NCBI GenBank assembly: GCA_020403265.1
Contig: JADBXZ010000091.1
Coordinates: 9,189-73,188, forward strand
DNA from: Bacteroidota bacterium
Lineage (GTDB): Bacteria > Bacteroidota > Bacteroidia > B-17B0 > Aurantibacillaceae
Length of the DNA stretch: 64,000 nucleotides
Direction: 5' to 3'
Below the pieces are notes generated by a model, which searched no databases, had not been told where the DNA came from, and was given only the letters and a program-made list of their open reading frames with translations. Shown here piece by piece: positions 1 through 8,282 of the stretch; position 1 is the stretch's first letter; each line of letters opens with the position of its first letter. Both the position numbers and the translations under genes were made by a program.

Positions 1-2649
1 AACGGGGTTATCAGCGGAAGTTCAGGTTTACAATTTTCTGCTGGTCAATCCGGAGGTATTGGTACAATACTTTTAAATTCGCCAAACACATATGCAGGTA
101 ATACTATTTTCAACACTGGTAATGCCGGTTTAGTTTCTTTAGGCGTAAACAATGGTTTACCGGTAAATACAAATTTAACTATGGCATTTTCTTCAAGTAA
201 TGGAGGAATATTTAACTTAAACGGTTTTAATCAAATTATAGGTAATTTGGCAAATGGTATAGGTGGAGGTTCAATAACTAATAATAGCTCAACATCAAAC
301 AGTACCTTATCCATTACACAAACTACAATAGGTTCTTTTAATAGACCCATTACAGATGGCAGTGGAGGAATGAAACTGGGTATAATCAAAAATGGCTCCA
401 GTTTATTAACACTGAATGGTACAGGTTATACTTTTTCTGGCGGAATGTATCTTAACGCTGGCGAATTAAGATTTAATCCAAGTTCAAGTCCAGTTGCTTT
501 AGGGTCTTGTCCAATGGTTTTAAATGGCGGTGTTCTTGGCACATCTGGCATTACAGCTAGTTCGGTACTTAATTTTTCAACTTTAGATGTAGAAGGCACA
601 ACAACCATTAGTTTAGCGGCTTCGGCGCACACATTAAATTTTGCAAATAGCAATGGTGTTGCATGGACTAGCGGTACTGGTCAATTAGACATAATTGGTT
701 GGACAGGTACTTATACCACCATGCCTGGTTCAAGCGGTACCAATGGTAAAATTTTTGTTGGCAGCAGTGCCAGTGCTTTAACTGCTGCGCAACTTTCAAA
801 AATTCGTTTTTTTGACGGTGTAGATTATTACCGTGCTACCCTACTTAGCACAGGTGAATTGGTGCCAAATGGCAAGTTAACCAAGCTTTCAACAGCTTTT
901 TGTGCCTACACATCAACTAGCACTTCAGAGTTTATTTGGGCAGATAGTTTGGGTACACCAAGTACACAAAGTAATTGGCGTTATTTGTTTAAGTTGGTAA
1001 ATGGTGCCAGCACTTTTACTTGGCAAACTAACAACGAATGGCCAATTATGCAGTTTTATAATTTTCCCGGCTTAAGCATTAACACAACTTATACTGCTTC
1101 GGTTGCCTGGAGTGACGATAATGGTTCAACATTTAGCGCTTATGGCCCAACCTGTGCTATCAGCAGCCCTGTTAGTGGTACTACTAATATTTCTTCAGCC
1201 ACGTGTGGTTCTACTTTAACCAGTTTTAGTTCACCTATTTTTGCTGATGGCAACGGAGCCAGTCAGTATGAATTTCAATTAGTAAATAGTGCTTTGAGTT
1301 ACACACAAACCAAAGTAAACACTTCGCCTAATTGTAACTTAAGTATGTTTACCGGCATTACAAACAGCGCTACGTATAATATTAATGTGCGGGCATTTGT
1401 AATGGGTGTTTGGAGTCCTTACGGCCCAACCTGTACCATTACTGCACCAAATAGTGCAACTACTCAGTTATCGCCCGGTTCATGCGGATCTAGCCCTTCA
1501 AGTTTAACAAGTGGTATTTTTGCAAATTCGGTTACAGGAGCCAGTCAATACGAGTATCAGTTAACAAATAGTAGCTTAAGCTACACATCAAGCATTGTGC
1601 GTACTGCGCCAAACTTTAATTTATCTATGTTTAGTGGATTACAAAATAGCACAACTTATTCAGCACAGGTTAGGGTAAATATTGGCGGCAGTTGGGGCAG
1701 TTATGGAGCGGTTTGTACTTTAACAACACCGGCTATTCCAACCACTTCACTTTCTTCCGGTAGTTGTGGTTCTAGTCCTGCTACTTTTATAACAGGTATT
1801 TTTGCCAATGCTGTTACCGGTGCAACGCAATATGAGTATCGATTAATTAATAGTTCATTAAGTTACACGTCTAGTATTACAAGAGGTGGCAGTAACTTTA
1901 ACTTATCAATGTTTACAGGTTTACAAAATAGCACAACTTATACATCAGATGTAAGGGTTTTTGTTGGAGGAAGCTGGGGTAATTATGGTGCTGTGTGTAC
2001 GCTTACAACGCCCGGTATTCCCACAACATCATTATCAGCCGGCTCGTGTAATTCATTTCCAACATCCTATTATACCAGTGGTTTGTTTGTAAATCAGGTA
2101 CCAGGGGCTACACAGTATGAGTACACGTTATATAACACAGCTAATTCTTATACTTCAGTTATAACAAGAACGGCTTCTAATTTTAATTTAGGGATGTTTA
2201 GCCCATTACCAGCAGTATCAACAACGTATTCGGTTATTGTAAGAGTAAATCAGGGAACCGGATTTGGAACATACGGTGCGCTTTGTACGGTAACATCGCC
2301 TGGCACACAAGCAAAATTAGGAGGAGCTAATGAGGTTGAGTTTGCAGAAAACGCAAATGATCAATCCACTTTAAAAGTAGTTGGCGAATTAAACAATACG
2401 TTTATTGAAGCCTTAGTATTTCCTAACCCGGTAAAGGAGAGTTTCCAAATTGTACTAACTAATTATCAGGTAAATGAACCAATTACCATAAATGTGTTTG
2501 ATGCAATGGGTAGATTGATTGAGCGCAAAACAGATACTGCAGAATCGATTGGCGTTATGCACTTAGGAACAGAATATGCAAAAGGAATTTATAATGTTGT
2601 AATAGTGCAAGGTAATTCTGTAAAGAACATTAAAGTGGTGAAGGAATAA
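1..2649 (+). CDS. T9SS-exported surface protein (5'-partial): autotransporter-type beta-helix repeats, ~5 Cys-containing FN3-like repeats, type A CTD
   Basis: Frame 1 is open from base 1 (NGVISGSSG...NSPNTYAGNT...), so the listed Met at 181 is internal. Repeats start TT at 1180, 1459, 1741 and 2023. The C-terminus FPNPVKE...GIYNVVIVQG...KVVKE is a typical T9SS type A signal. Confidence 0.85.
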   Translation, partial: NGVISGSSGLQFSAGQSGGIGTILLNSPNTYAGNTIFNTGNAGLVSLGVNNGLPVNTNLTMAFSSSNGGIFNLNGFNQIIGNLANGIGGGSITNNSSTSNSTLSITQTTIGSFNRPITDGSGGMKLGIIKNGSSLLTLNGTGYTFSGGMYLNAGELRFNPSSSPVALGSCPMVLNGGVLGTSGITASSVLNFSTLDVEGTTTISLAASAHTLNFANSNGVAWTSGTGQLDIIGWTGTYTTMPGSSGTNGKIFVGSSASALTAAQLSKIRFFDGVDYYRATLLSTGELVPNGKLTKLSTAFCAYTSTSTSEFIWADSLGTPSTQSNWRYLFKLVNGASTFTWQTNNEWPIMQFYNFPGLSINTTYTASVAWSDDNGSTFSAYGPTCAISSPVSGTTNISSATCGSTLTSFSSPIFADGNGASQYEFQLVNSALSYTQTKVNTSPNCNLSMFTGITNSATYNINVRAFVMGVWSPYGPTCTITAPNSATTQLSPGSCGSSPSSLTSGIFANSVTGASQYEYQLTNSSLSYTSSIVRTAPNFNLSMFSGLQNSTTYSAQVRVNIGGSWGSYGAVCTLTTPAIPTTSLSSGSCGSSPATFITGIFANAVTGATQYEYRLINSSLSYTSSITRGGSNFNLSMFTGLQNSTTYTSDVRVFVGGSWGNYGAVCTLTTPGIPTTSLSAGSCNSFPTSYYTSGLFVNQVPGATQYEYTLYNTANSYTSVITRTASNFNLGMFSPLPAVSTTYSVIVRVNQGTGFGTYGALCTVTSPGTQAKLGGANEVEFAENANDQSTLKVVGELNNTFIEALVFPNPVKESFQIVLTNYQVNEPITINVFDAMGRLIERKTDTAESIGVMHLGTEYAKGIYNVVIVQGNSVKNIKVVKE

Positions 2650-2670
2650 TTTGCTAAATGTTTAGAAATA

Positions 2671-2703
2671 AAAAAGCCTGAAACGGAATGTTTCAGGCTT
2701 TTT
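2671..2703. terminator. Bidirectional intrinsic terminator
   Basis: AAAAAGCCTGAAAC-ggaat-GTTTCAGGCTTTTT perfect stem with A/T tails, between convergent genes. Confidence 0.85.
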
Positions 2704-2708
2704 TGTTT

Positions 2709-2805
2709 GTGGTTCTCGACTTCGCTCGAACTGACGTGGTTCTCGACTTCGCTCGAACTGACGTGGTTCTCGACTTCGCTCGAACTGACATGCGCTTGAA
2801 CGGAC
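2709..2805. repeat. Left REP-like tandem array: 3 x 27-nt GTGGTTCTCGACTTCGCTCGAACTGAC plus degenerate 16-nt ATGCGCTTGAACGGAC
   Basis: Identical units at 2709-2735, 2736-2762 and 2763-2789; degenerate unit at 2790-2805. Confidence 0.95.
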
Positions 2806-2814
2806 AATGTTTTT

Positions 2815-2837
2815 GTCACGTTGAGCGGAGTCGAAAC
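2815..2837. repeat. Inverted copy of the REP-like unit (GTCACGTTGAGCGGAGTCGAAAC)
   Basis: Reverse complement GTTTCGACTCCGCTCAACGTGAC resembles TTCTCGACTTCGCTCGAACTGAC and could pair with the third array unit. Confidence 0.75.
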
Positions 2838-2867
2838 GTAGACAAAAACAAAACCATGTCTAAGTTA

Positions 2868-3200
2868 TTATTCATTAACTGCTTTGTAATTTTTATGTGA
2901 GGTTTCATTTTTGCATTCTGCTTCTTTTTTGATTTTTTGCCAATCACTTTTAATTAGAGCCTCTTTTTTTGCTTGACTCCATTTTTTGATTTTCTTTTCC
3001 CATTCAATAGCTAAATTGAAATCTGTAAACTGTTCACTGTATTTCATTTCGACAGGGACTCTGCTATACGTATATGCATTTTTATTGGTTCCTTTATTGT
3101 GCTGCAATAAGCGCCTTTCCGGGTTGTTCGTAATACCTGTATAATAGGTTCCGTCTGCACATTTTAAAATGTAAACGTAAAGGTATTTAACGGGTTTCAT
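2868..3200 (-). CDS. GIY-YIG nuclease family protein (YhbQ/UPF0213-like), 110 aa
   Basis: YVYILKCADGTYYTGITNNPERRLLQH and AIEWEKKIKKWSQAKKEALI motifs. The likely start is ATG at 3200 (MKPVKY); the longer ORF-track start merely translates the upstream repeats. Confidence 0.9.
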   Translation of the reverse strand: MKPVKYLYVYILKCADGTYYTGITNNPERRLLQHNKGTNKNAYTYSRVPVEMKYSEQFTDFNLAIEWEKKIKKWSQAKKEALIKSDWQKIKKEAECKNETSHKNYKAVNE

Positions 3201-3220
3201 ATAGATAGATAAAGGTAAGG

Positions 3221-3348
3221 TTTTTTGTTTGTGGTTCTCGGTTTCGCTTGGATAGAAACAGTTCTCGACTACGCTCGAACTGACATGCGCTCGAACTGAC
3301 ATGCGCTCGAACTGACATGCGCTCGAACTGACAAACGTTCGAACGGAC
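3221..3348. repeat. Right REP-like tandem array: degenerate 27-mer, one 24-nt unit, 3 x 16-nt ATGCGCTCGAACTGAC, degenerate AAACGTTCGAACGGAC
   Basis: 3261-3284 GTTCTCGACTACGCTCGAACTGAC; 3285-3300, 3301-3316 and 3317-3332 identical; 3333-3348 degenerate. 3221-3240 is identical to 2699-2718. Confidence 0.95.
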
Positions 3349-3368
3349 AGAGTTGATCAAAAGGAAAA

Positions 3369-4148
3369 TTAGCTTTTTACTATTAACCGTTTAATGATGT
3401 TTTTGGCGTTTTGTAAAACAAGTTCTTTTAACCATTCAATTGGATGATTAGTCCAGCGTTGTGGGTGAAAGGTAAACATCACTTGCGGAGGGAAATTGTG
3501 ATGTTTAAGATCAGAAATGATTTGAGAGGTGCTATGATAACTTCGGTTGAGGAAGTCAGGATTGTTAATAGTATTGGCGTTCATGGCTTTATCGCGAACG
3601 CTTACTTTGTGTCCGTCCCAGCGACGGCCGGTGTCGGTTAAGTAAAAAACGGAATTAAAGTCTAAATCGAAATAAGGTTCTGCTAAAATTCCTAAGTCGT
3701 TATACTTGTATTTTTTCCAAATATCACGGTTGTCAAATTTACTCATGGGGCTACCATGCATACAAATGGTTTTAACAGTCACGTATTTTCTGAAATTTTC
3801 GAGATGAAATTTAAACTCGTTGTAAGCCTTTTCAACATTGCCTTTTGAAGTGTCCATGGTTTCGTAATGGTAACCAATTTCGTGCCCCATAGTTTGCATT
3901 TCTTTCATTAAATTTGCGTCAAAGCTTTGCGGGATGGTTCGGAAGTAATAGGTGCCTTTTATGCCCAATTCGTTTTGTATTTTAGCAAATGCATAAGAGT
4001 TTTGTTTTTTTGCATCCACGTCGTGGCGGAGGATAATGCATTTATTTTTTGGCGCTTTTACAAATTCAGCATAGGTTTGAAATTCGTAACCTTCCTTGAG
4101 GAGTGCTTTTAATAAATACTCATAGGATGTTATTGTAAAATCTTTCAT
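3369..4148 (-). CDS. Polysaccharide deacetylase-like protein
   Basis: ILRHDVD, HEIGYHYE and CMHGSP motifs of NodB/CE4-like proteins; terminal gene of the glycan locus. Confidence 0.75.
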   Translation of the reverse strand: MKDFTITSYEYLLKALLKEGYEFQTYAEFVKAPKNKCIILRHDVDAKKQNSYAFAKIQNELGIKGTYYFRTIPQSFDANLMKEMQTMGHEIGYHYETMDTSKGNVEKAYNEFKFHLENFRKYVTVKTICMHGSPMSKFDNRDIWKKYKYNDLGILAEPYFDLDFNSVFYLTDTGRRWDGHKVSVRDKAMNANTINNPDFLNRSYHSTSQIISDLKHHNFPPQVMFTFHPQRWTNHPIEWLKELVLQNAKNIIKRLIVKS

Positions 4149-5212
4149 TGAAAACGAAGTTGGTAATCAGGATTGTTTTTAAGAACATCACTACTAGCAG
4201 GATAATTTTCTAAGAACCAAACTAAAAAAGAGCTTAAGTCTATTTTATTTTTTAGGAAATGATTTCTTTTTACAAGGGTGTTGCCTTTTAAGTTGTTATC
4301 GGCCAAGAGTTCTTTCACTTTGTTCATCACACCAGAACCAGTTTTAAAATGATAAAGCAAGCCTGCTTTTTCCTGCTCATTAATAGTCCCGGAGTTCATT
4401 GAGTTGATGTAAATGGCGGGAGTGCCTAACATTGCACATTCAGAAGCCATTGTAGCGCCTTCACCAACAAATAAGGTTGCAAAGTGCATTACATGATGTA
4501 CTTTGGCCGGGTTAATTTTTAATTGAAATGGTTTGAGTTCGGTTGGTAATTCTTTTTCTGATGAAATGATCACCTTACCGAAGGTGTTTAAATAATTAAC
4601 CAATTCAATTTTCTCTTTTAAGTTTAATCCGCCTTCACCAACATCATGGCTGGCATTCCACGATATAAAACGTAAAAAGAAAAATTTAGTGTTTGAATTA
4701 AATCCAAGCTCATTTAATACAGAGTCATCTGCATTAAATCTTTTTGGGTGGAGGTAGGCCAGTTCGTGGAAGGCGTTATAAAAAACTTGTTTGCTTCCGT
4801 AGTTTTTATGAAAAGAAGTACTTGTTAAAACGTGTTTTGTAAATGGCAAGTATAATCTTACTTGTTCATTATTGCCGGTATCTTCTAAAGCAATGTTTAC
4901 TCTGCCTGTTAAAAAGGCTGCATGTGCCGCATAGGGCGAGCCATGACTTAAAAACAAATCCGGTTTAAATTTTAATGCCGTTTTAAGCATCAAAAAATCA
5001 AACTTCAGAAGTCCAATTATTTTACCAAGGGTACTTTGGTATTTTTTACCGAAGGACACAAATTCAAAACCTTCGTGTTTAAGTAATTCGATTTCAAATT
5101 CTTTTTCACGGCACGTGAATAGAATATGGTGATTTTTTTTTATGAATTCGTGCGCAAAATTCTTAAACAGATGCACGTGCCCTGGATGCCCAATGTCAAT
5201 TAAAAGTTTCAT
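4145..5212 (-). CDS. DUF354 family glycosyltransferase-like protein
   Basis: IDIGHPGHVHLFKN, EDTG, ELAYLHP and GEGATMASECAMLGTPAI motifs. Confidence 0.85.
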   Translation of the reverse strand: MKLLIDIGHPGHVHLFKNFAHEFIKKNHHILFTCREKEFEIELLKHEGFEFVSFGKKYQSTLGKIIGLLKFDFLMLKTALKFKPDLFLSHGSPYAAHAAFLTGRVNIALEDTGNNEQVRLYLPFTKHVLTSTSFHKNYGSKQVFYNAFHELAYLHPKRFNADDSVLNELGFNSNTKFFFLRFISWNASHDVGEGGLNLKEKIELVNYLNTFGKVIISSEKELPTELKPFQLKINPAKVHHVMHFATLFVGEGATMASECAMLGTPAIYINSMNSGTINEQEKAGLLYHFKTGSGVMNKVKELLADNNLKGNTLVKRNHFLKNKIDLSSFLVWFLENYPASSDVLKNNPDYQLRFQ

Positions 5213-6195
5213 TTTGTTTTTTTCAGAAAGGCAAGTGCTGATTTACCAATCGCATACAAGGCTTTATTATTGATTTTAACGAAACGCCCGTGTTCAACTA
5301 ATTCGCCCCCAAACTTGGCCTTGAAATCACGAACACCATAGTCTTCATCAGGCTTACCTGCCCCCATAAAATCAAATCGTTTAAGGTTGTTTTTGAAACC
5401 GTATTGAATAGCTGCGTATGTTGCCATTACGCTGGGACTTTGGTCTTTAAACTCAGCATCTAATCCGCAAATGTAAAATTCGTAAATGCTTTGGTTTTTA
5501 AGGATGGGACAAACTATCCCGCCGATAATTTTATCTTTAAATTTCACTAATAAAATTTTACCAAGATTACTTTCGTAAAATTTTTCAAAAAATGAAAGAG
5601 GCGGCAAAGGCTTTTTAATTTTTGATTTGTATAGAGCGTATAAAATTTGGTAGTATTTTTCTACTTCGTTAATAGACCTTACTTCCTCTAATTCAACCCC
5701 ACTGCTAAAAGCTTTTTTTATTTGACGTTTGCGGTTGCTATTAAAATTTTGTTGAGCGATTTGTTCACTTGAACAATCTAAATGAAAATTGAGGTACTTT
5801 TCGTACTGCCAACCATTCAATTCAAATACTTTTTTGTAACCACTGTAATCATAAAAATTTCTGGTTTCGATATAGATAACGCCTTTTAAGTTTTTACTTA
5901 TATTTTTTAATAGGTAATCGGCTGCTTCTTTATTTTCTGTAAATACAGGACCTCCATAGATAATAGCCCGCTTTGAAAAAAATCCTTTAATGCCTTTTTC
6001 TTTTTGAATGGTAACAAGGCAAAGGGCTTGAATGTTGTTTTGTTCGACAATTGAAAAAACATAGGCTTTGTAAGTTGCAAGGCTATTAATAAATTTATAA
6101 AACGCAGGACTTTGAAAAGGGCTATTAAACGGAGAATTTGATATAAAATTTTCCCAATCGTTTAAATCAAGTTGATGGTTAACTTTTAACTCCAT
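5209..6195 (-). CDS. FemAB/GNAT-family aminoacyltransferase-like protein
   Basis: PFQSP N-terminus, YIETRN, FDFMGAG...YGVRDFKAKFGGELV motif. Confidence 0.8.
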   Translation of the reverse strand: MELKVNHQLDLNDWENFISNSPFNSPFQSPAFYKFINSLATYKAYVFSIVEQNNIQALCLVTIQKEKGIKGFFSKRAIIYGGPVFTENKEAADYLLKNISKNLKGVIYIETRNFYDYSGYKKVFELNGWQYEKYLNFHLDCSSEQIAQQNFNSNRKRQIKKAFSSGVELEEVRSINEVEKYYQILYALYKSKIKKPLPPLSFFEKFYESNLGKILLVKFKDKIIGGIVCPILKNQSIYEFYICGLDAEFKDQSPSVMATYAAIQYGFKNNLKRFDFMGAGKPDEDYGVRDFKAKFGGELVEHGRFVKINNKALYAIGKSALAFLKKTK

Positions 6196-8282
6196 TAAAT
6201 ATCTTGATCTAAGGCTTCAAATATACCAGGTTTAAAACCGAAAATGAGTTTAGAAATTGATTTGCCTATTTTTGAAAACTTTTTTATGGTTGGGTAATAA
6301 GACGGGTAATCGTAAAAATAGTTGTTGGGTTGTTTAAATGCGTGTTCAAATTCAGTAGCTGAAAGATCTAATTTTTTAATGACGTATTCTATTTCCGTTT
6401 GAATATTTTGTTTATCATAAGGTAAATTTTCTAACAAGGCTAAACCGTCATCTCTTACAATTTCATTCGAGAGCACTTGGGCGGAATAGGTGATAATTCG
6501 CTTATCAATATTGAATTTTTTTGGTAGCCAATATGAAATAGCAAATTTTGTAAATATGTTTTCGTGATGATGTCCACCATAGTCTACCCAACCATATTGC
6601 GATTCTAATAATTGTTTGGCTTGCTTTTTTTCATAAGGAAGATAATAAAGAGGTCTAATAGCTTTTATTTTTTTAATTAATCCGTAATAACCCAATTGTG
6701 CCAAAGTGAGTTGCGGGTAGTTTTTTAATCGTTTCCGAGAGAATTTTTTTACAACATAGTTAAGTTGTTTCGAATCAGAATACGTCCAGGCCAAAGGTTG
6801 TTTTCCCTCAGATCTAAAATCTCCGCCATTTAACGCATACTTAACACCATATTGCGCTGCTGCTTTGTATAGTACCGATTTAATCGCAATGTCGGTAGGG
6901 CTATCAATCCAGGGTAACCCAGCTAGGATATAAGATTTTAAAACAGTTTTTACCTCTTCGTAATCAATGACAAATGTTTTAAGATCATAATTTAATTGTT
7001 GAGTCATTTTTTCAATATTACTCACCGCTATATTTGAGCCCCAGCCATTATCTAAATATACTGCAAGGACTCTTAATTTGTATTGATGCGCGATGTGAAG
7101 TAAGTAAGAACTATCCGTTCCGCCGCTAATACCAATGATGCAATCGTAAGCTTTGCTTCGTCCATCCGATTTCATTTTCTCTACAATCCTTTCCCAATCG
7201 TTCATTCCTTTTTCACCTCTTGGGTATTGTTTCATTAAAGACAATTGCATCTTTGCGTAATTGGATACGCCTTTGTCATCGAACTTAATGTTTGGGATGG
7301 TGGTGTCCCACAAACCGATGGAACAGCGTTGATAGTTTTTTGAATAATCTATTTTACGGCGAATGATTTTGGAATAAAGATCAATTATTCGTTCAGCTGT
7401 TTTTTCGCTGCTTAATTTTTGGATGTTTTCTCTGCCATTGCTTCTGGTTTTTTGTTTAAGGATTTGACTAATTTTTTCAGCAATTTCATCTGCCTTAAAG
7501 TTCACCAAAAAACTATTTTCGGTTCCGTTTATCACGTTGGCTACATCACCTACTTTTGTTGAGACAATTGGGCAATTACAAGCCATTGCTTCTTTAATAA
7601 CGTTTGGTGAGCCTTCATGATTGGAAGTAAGCAAAAGAAGATCGGCGGCATTGTAATGGTCTACCATTTGTAAAGTGTTTAAGCCTTTTAGAAAATGAAC
7701 CTCAATGCTAGGTATATGTTCTTTTACTTTATCGAGGGCTGCTTTAGCAAGTGCATAATTTTTTTCGGGTCGATTAGGATCAGATGCAAACAAAACATGG
7801 AACATCGATGAGGACCAGTTTAATTTTTCACGAGCCTCATCAATTAGTCGAGGTTTAAAGGTATTCAAGTCAACTCCGTTTGGAATTACAATTGCCTTTT
7901 GATTAGCTAACACATTGTACATTTCATCTGATTTTACAATCGTTTGACTCCAGAAAAATTTAGAGAGAAATCGGGTAAATAGAAAAATGAGTTTATTGGT
8001 TGAAAGCACATCACTGCCCATTAAGGAAACAACGATAGGTTTTGACGTAAAGGTTAAAGTTGCTACAATGCCGCTTAGTGAATAATGCGCATGAATTAAT
8101 TCCGGCTTCTCGGTTTGCATGAGTTTACGAAGCGGAATAATGTTTTTGAAGTAACCCTTTAAACCGGTACCTACAATGTTGTAAAAAACAACTTGAATAC
8201 CCTTCTCTTCTAATGATTGAGCCTGTCTTTGCGTAATATAGTCTACGCCATGATTGTAACTTCTAACAAATAAAACCTTCAT
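6195..8282 (-). CDS. Fusion of GT4 glycosyltransferase and N-acetyl-sugar amidotransferase (WbpG-like)
   Basis: N-terminal half IHAHYS, PNGVD, EGSPNVIKEAMAC; C-terminal half IIGISGGTDSSY and HHENIFTKF. The start at 8282 overlaps the upstream TGA (ATGA). Confidence 0.8.
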   Translation of the reverse strand: MKVLFVRSYNHGVDYITQRQAQSLEEKGIQVVFYNIVGTGLKGYFKNIIPLRKLMQTEKPELIHAHYSLSGIVATLTFTSKPIVVSLMGSDVLSTNKLIFLFTRFLSKFFWSQTIVKSDEMYNVLANQKAIVIPNGVDLNTFKPRLIDEAREKLNWSSSMFHVLFASDPNRPEKNYALAKAALDKVKEHIPSIEVHFLKGLNTLQMVDHYNAADLLLLTSNHEGSPNVIKEAMACNCPIVSTKVGDVANVINGTENSFLVNFKADEIAEKISQILKQKTRSNGRENIQKLSSEKTAERIIDLYSKIIRRKIDYSKNYQRCSIGLWDTTIPNIKFDDKGVSNYAKMQLSLMKQYPRGEKGMNDWERIVEKMKSDGRSKAYDCIIGISGGTDSSYLLHIAHQYKLRVLAVYLDNGWGSNIAVSNIEKMTQQLNYDLKTFVIDYEEVKTVLKSYILAGLPWIDSPTDIAIKSVLYKAAAQYGVKYALNGGDFRSEGKQPLAWTYSDSKQLNYVVKKFSRKRLKNYPQLTLAQLGYYGLIKKIKAIRPLYYLPYEKKQAKQLLESQYGWVDYGGHHHENIFTKFAISYWLPKKFNIDKRIITYSAQVLSNEIVRDDGLALLENLPYDKQNIQTEIEYVIKKLDLSATEFEHAFKQPNNYFYDYPSYYPTIKKFSKIGKSISKLIFGFKPGIFEALDQDI

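Noticed and set aside
2589-2900. ORFs 2589-2819 (-) and 2688-2900 (+), and the N-terminal extension of the GIY-YIG ORF to 3302
   Set aside because: They are translations of the terminator and tandem repeats (HVSSSEVEN, VVLDFARTD) and overlap real genes.
2709-3348. CRISPR array interpretation of the repeats beside a nuclease gene
   Set aside because: Units are head-to-tail with no unique spacers, and no cas gene is present.
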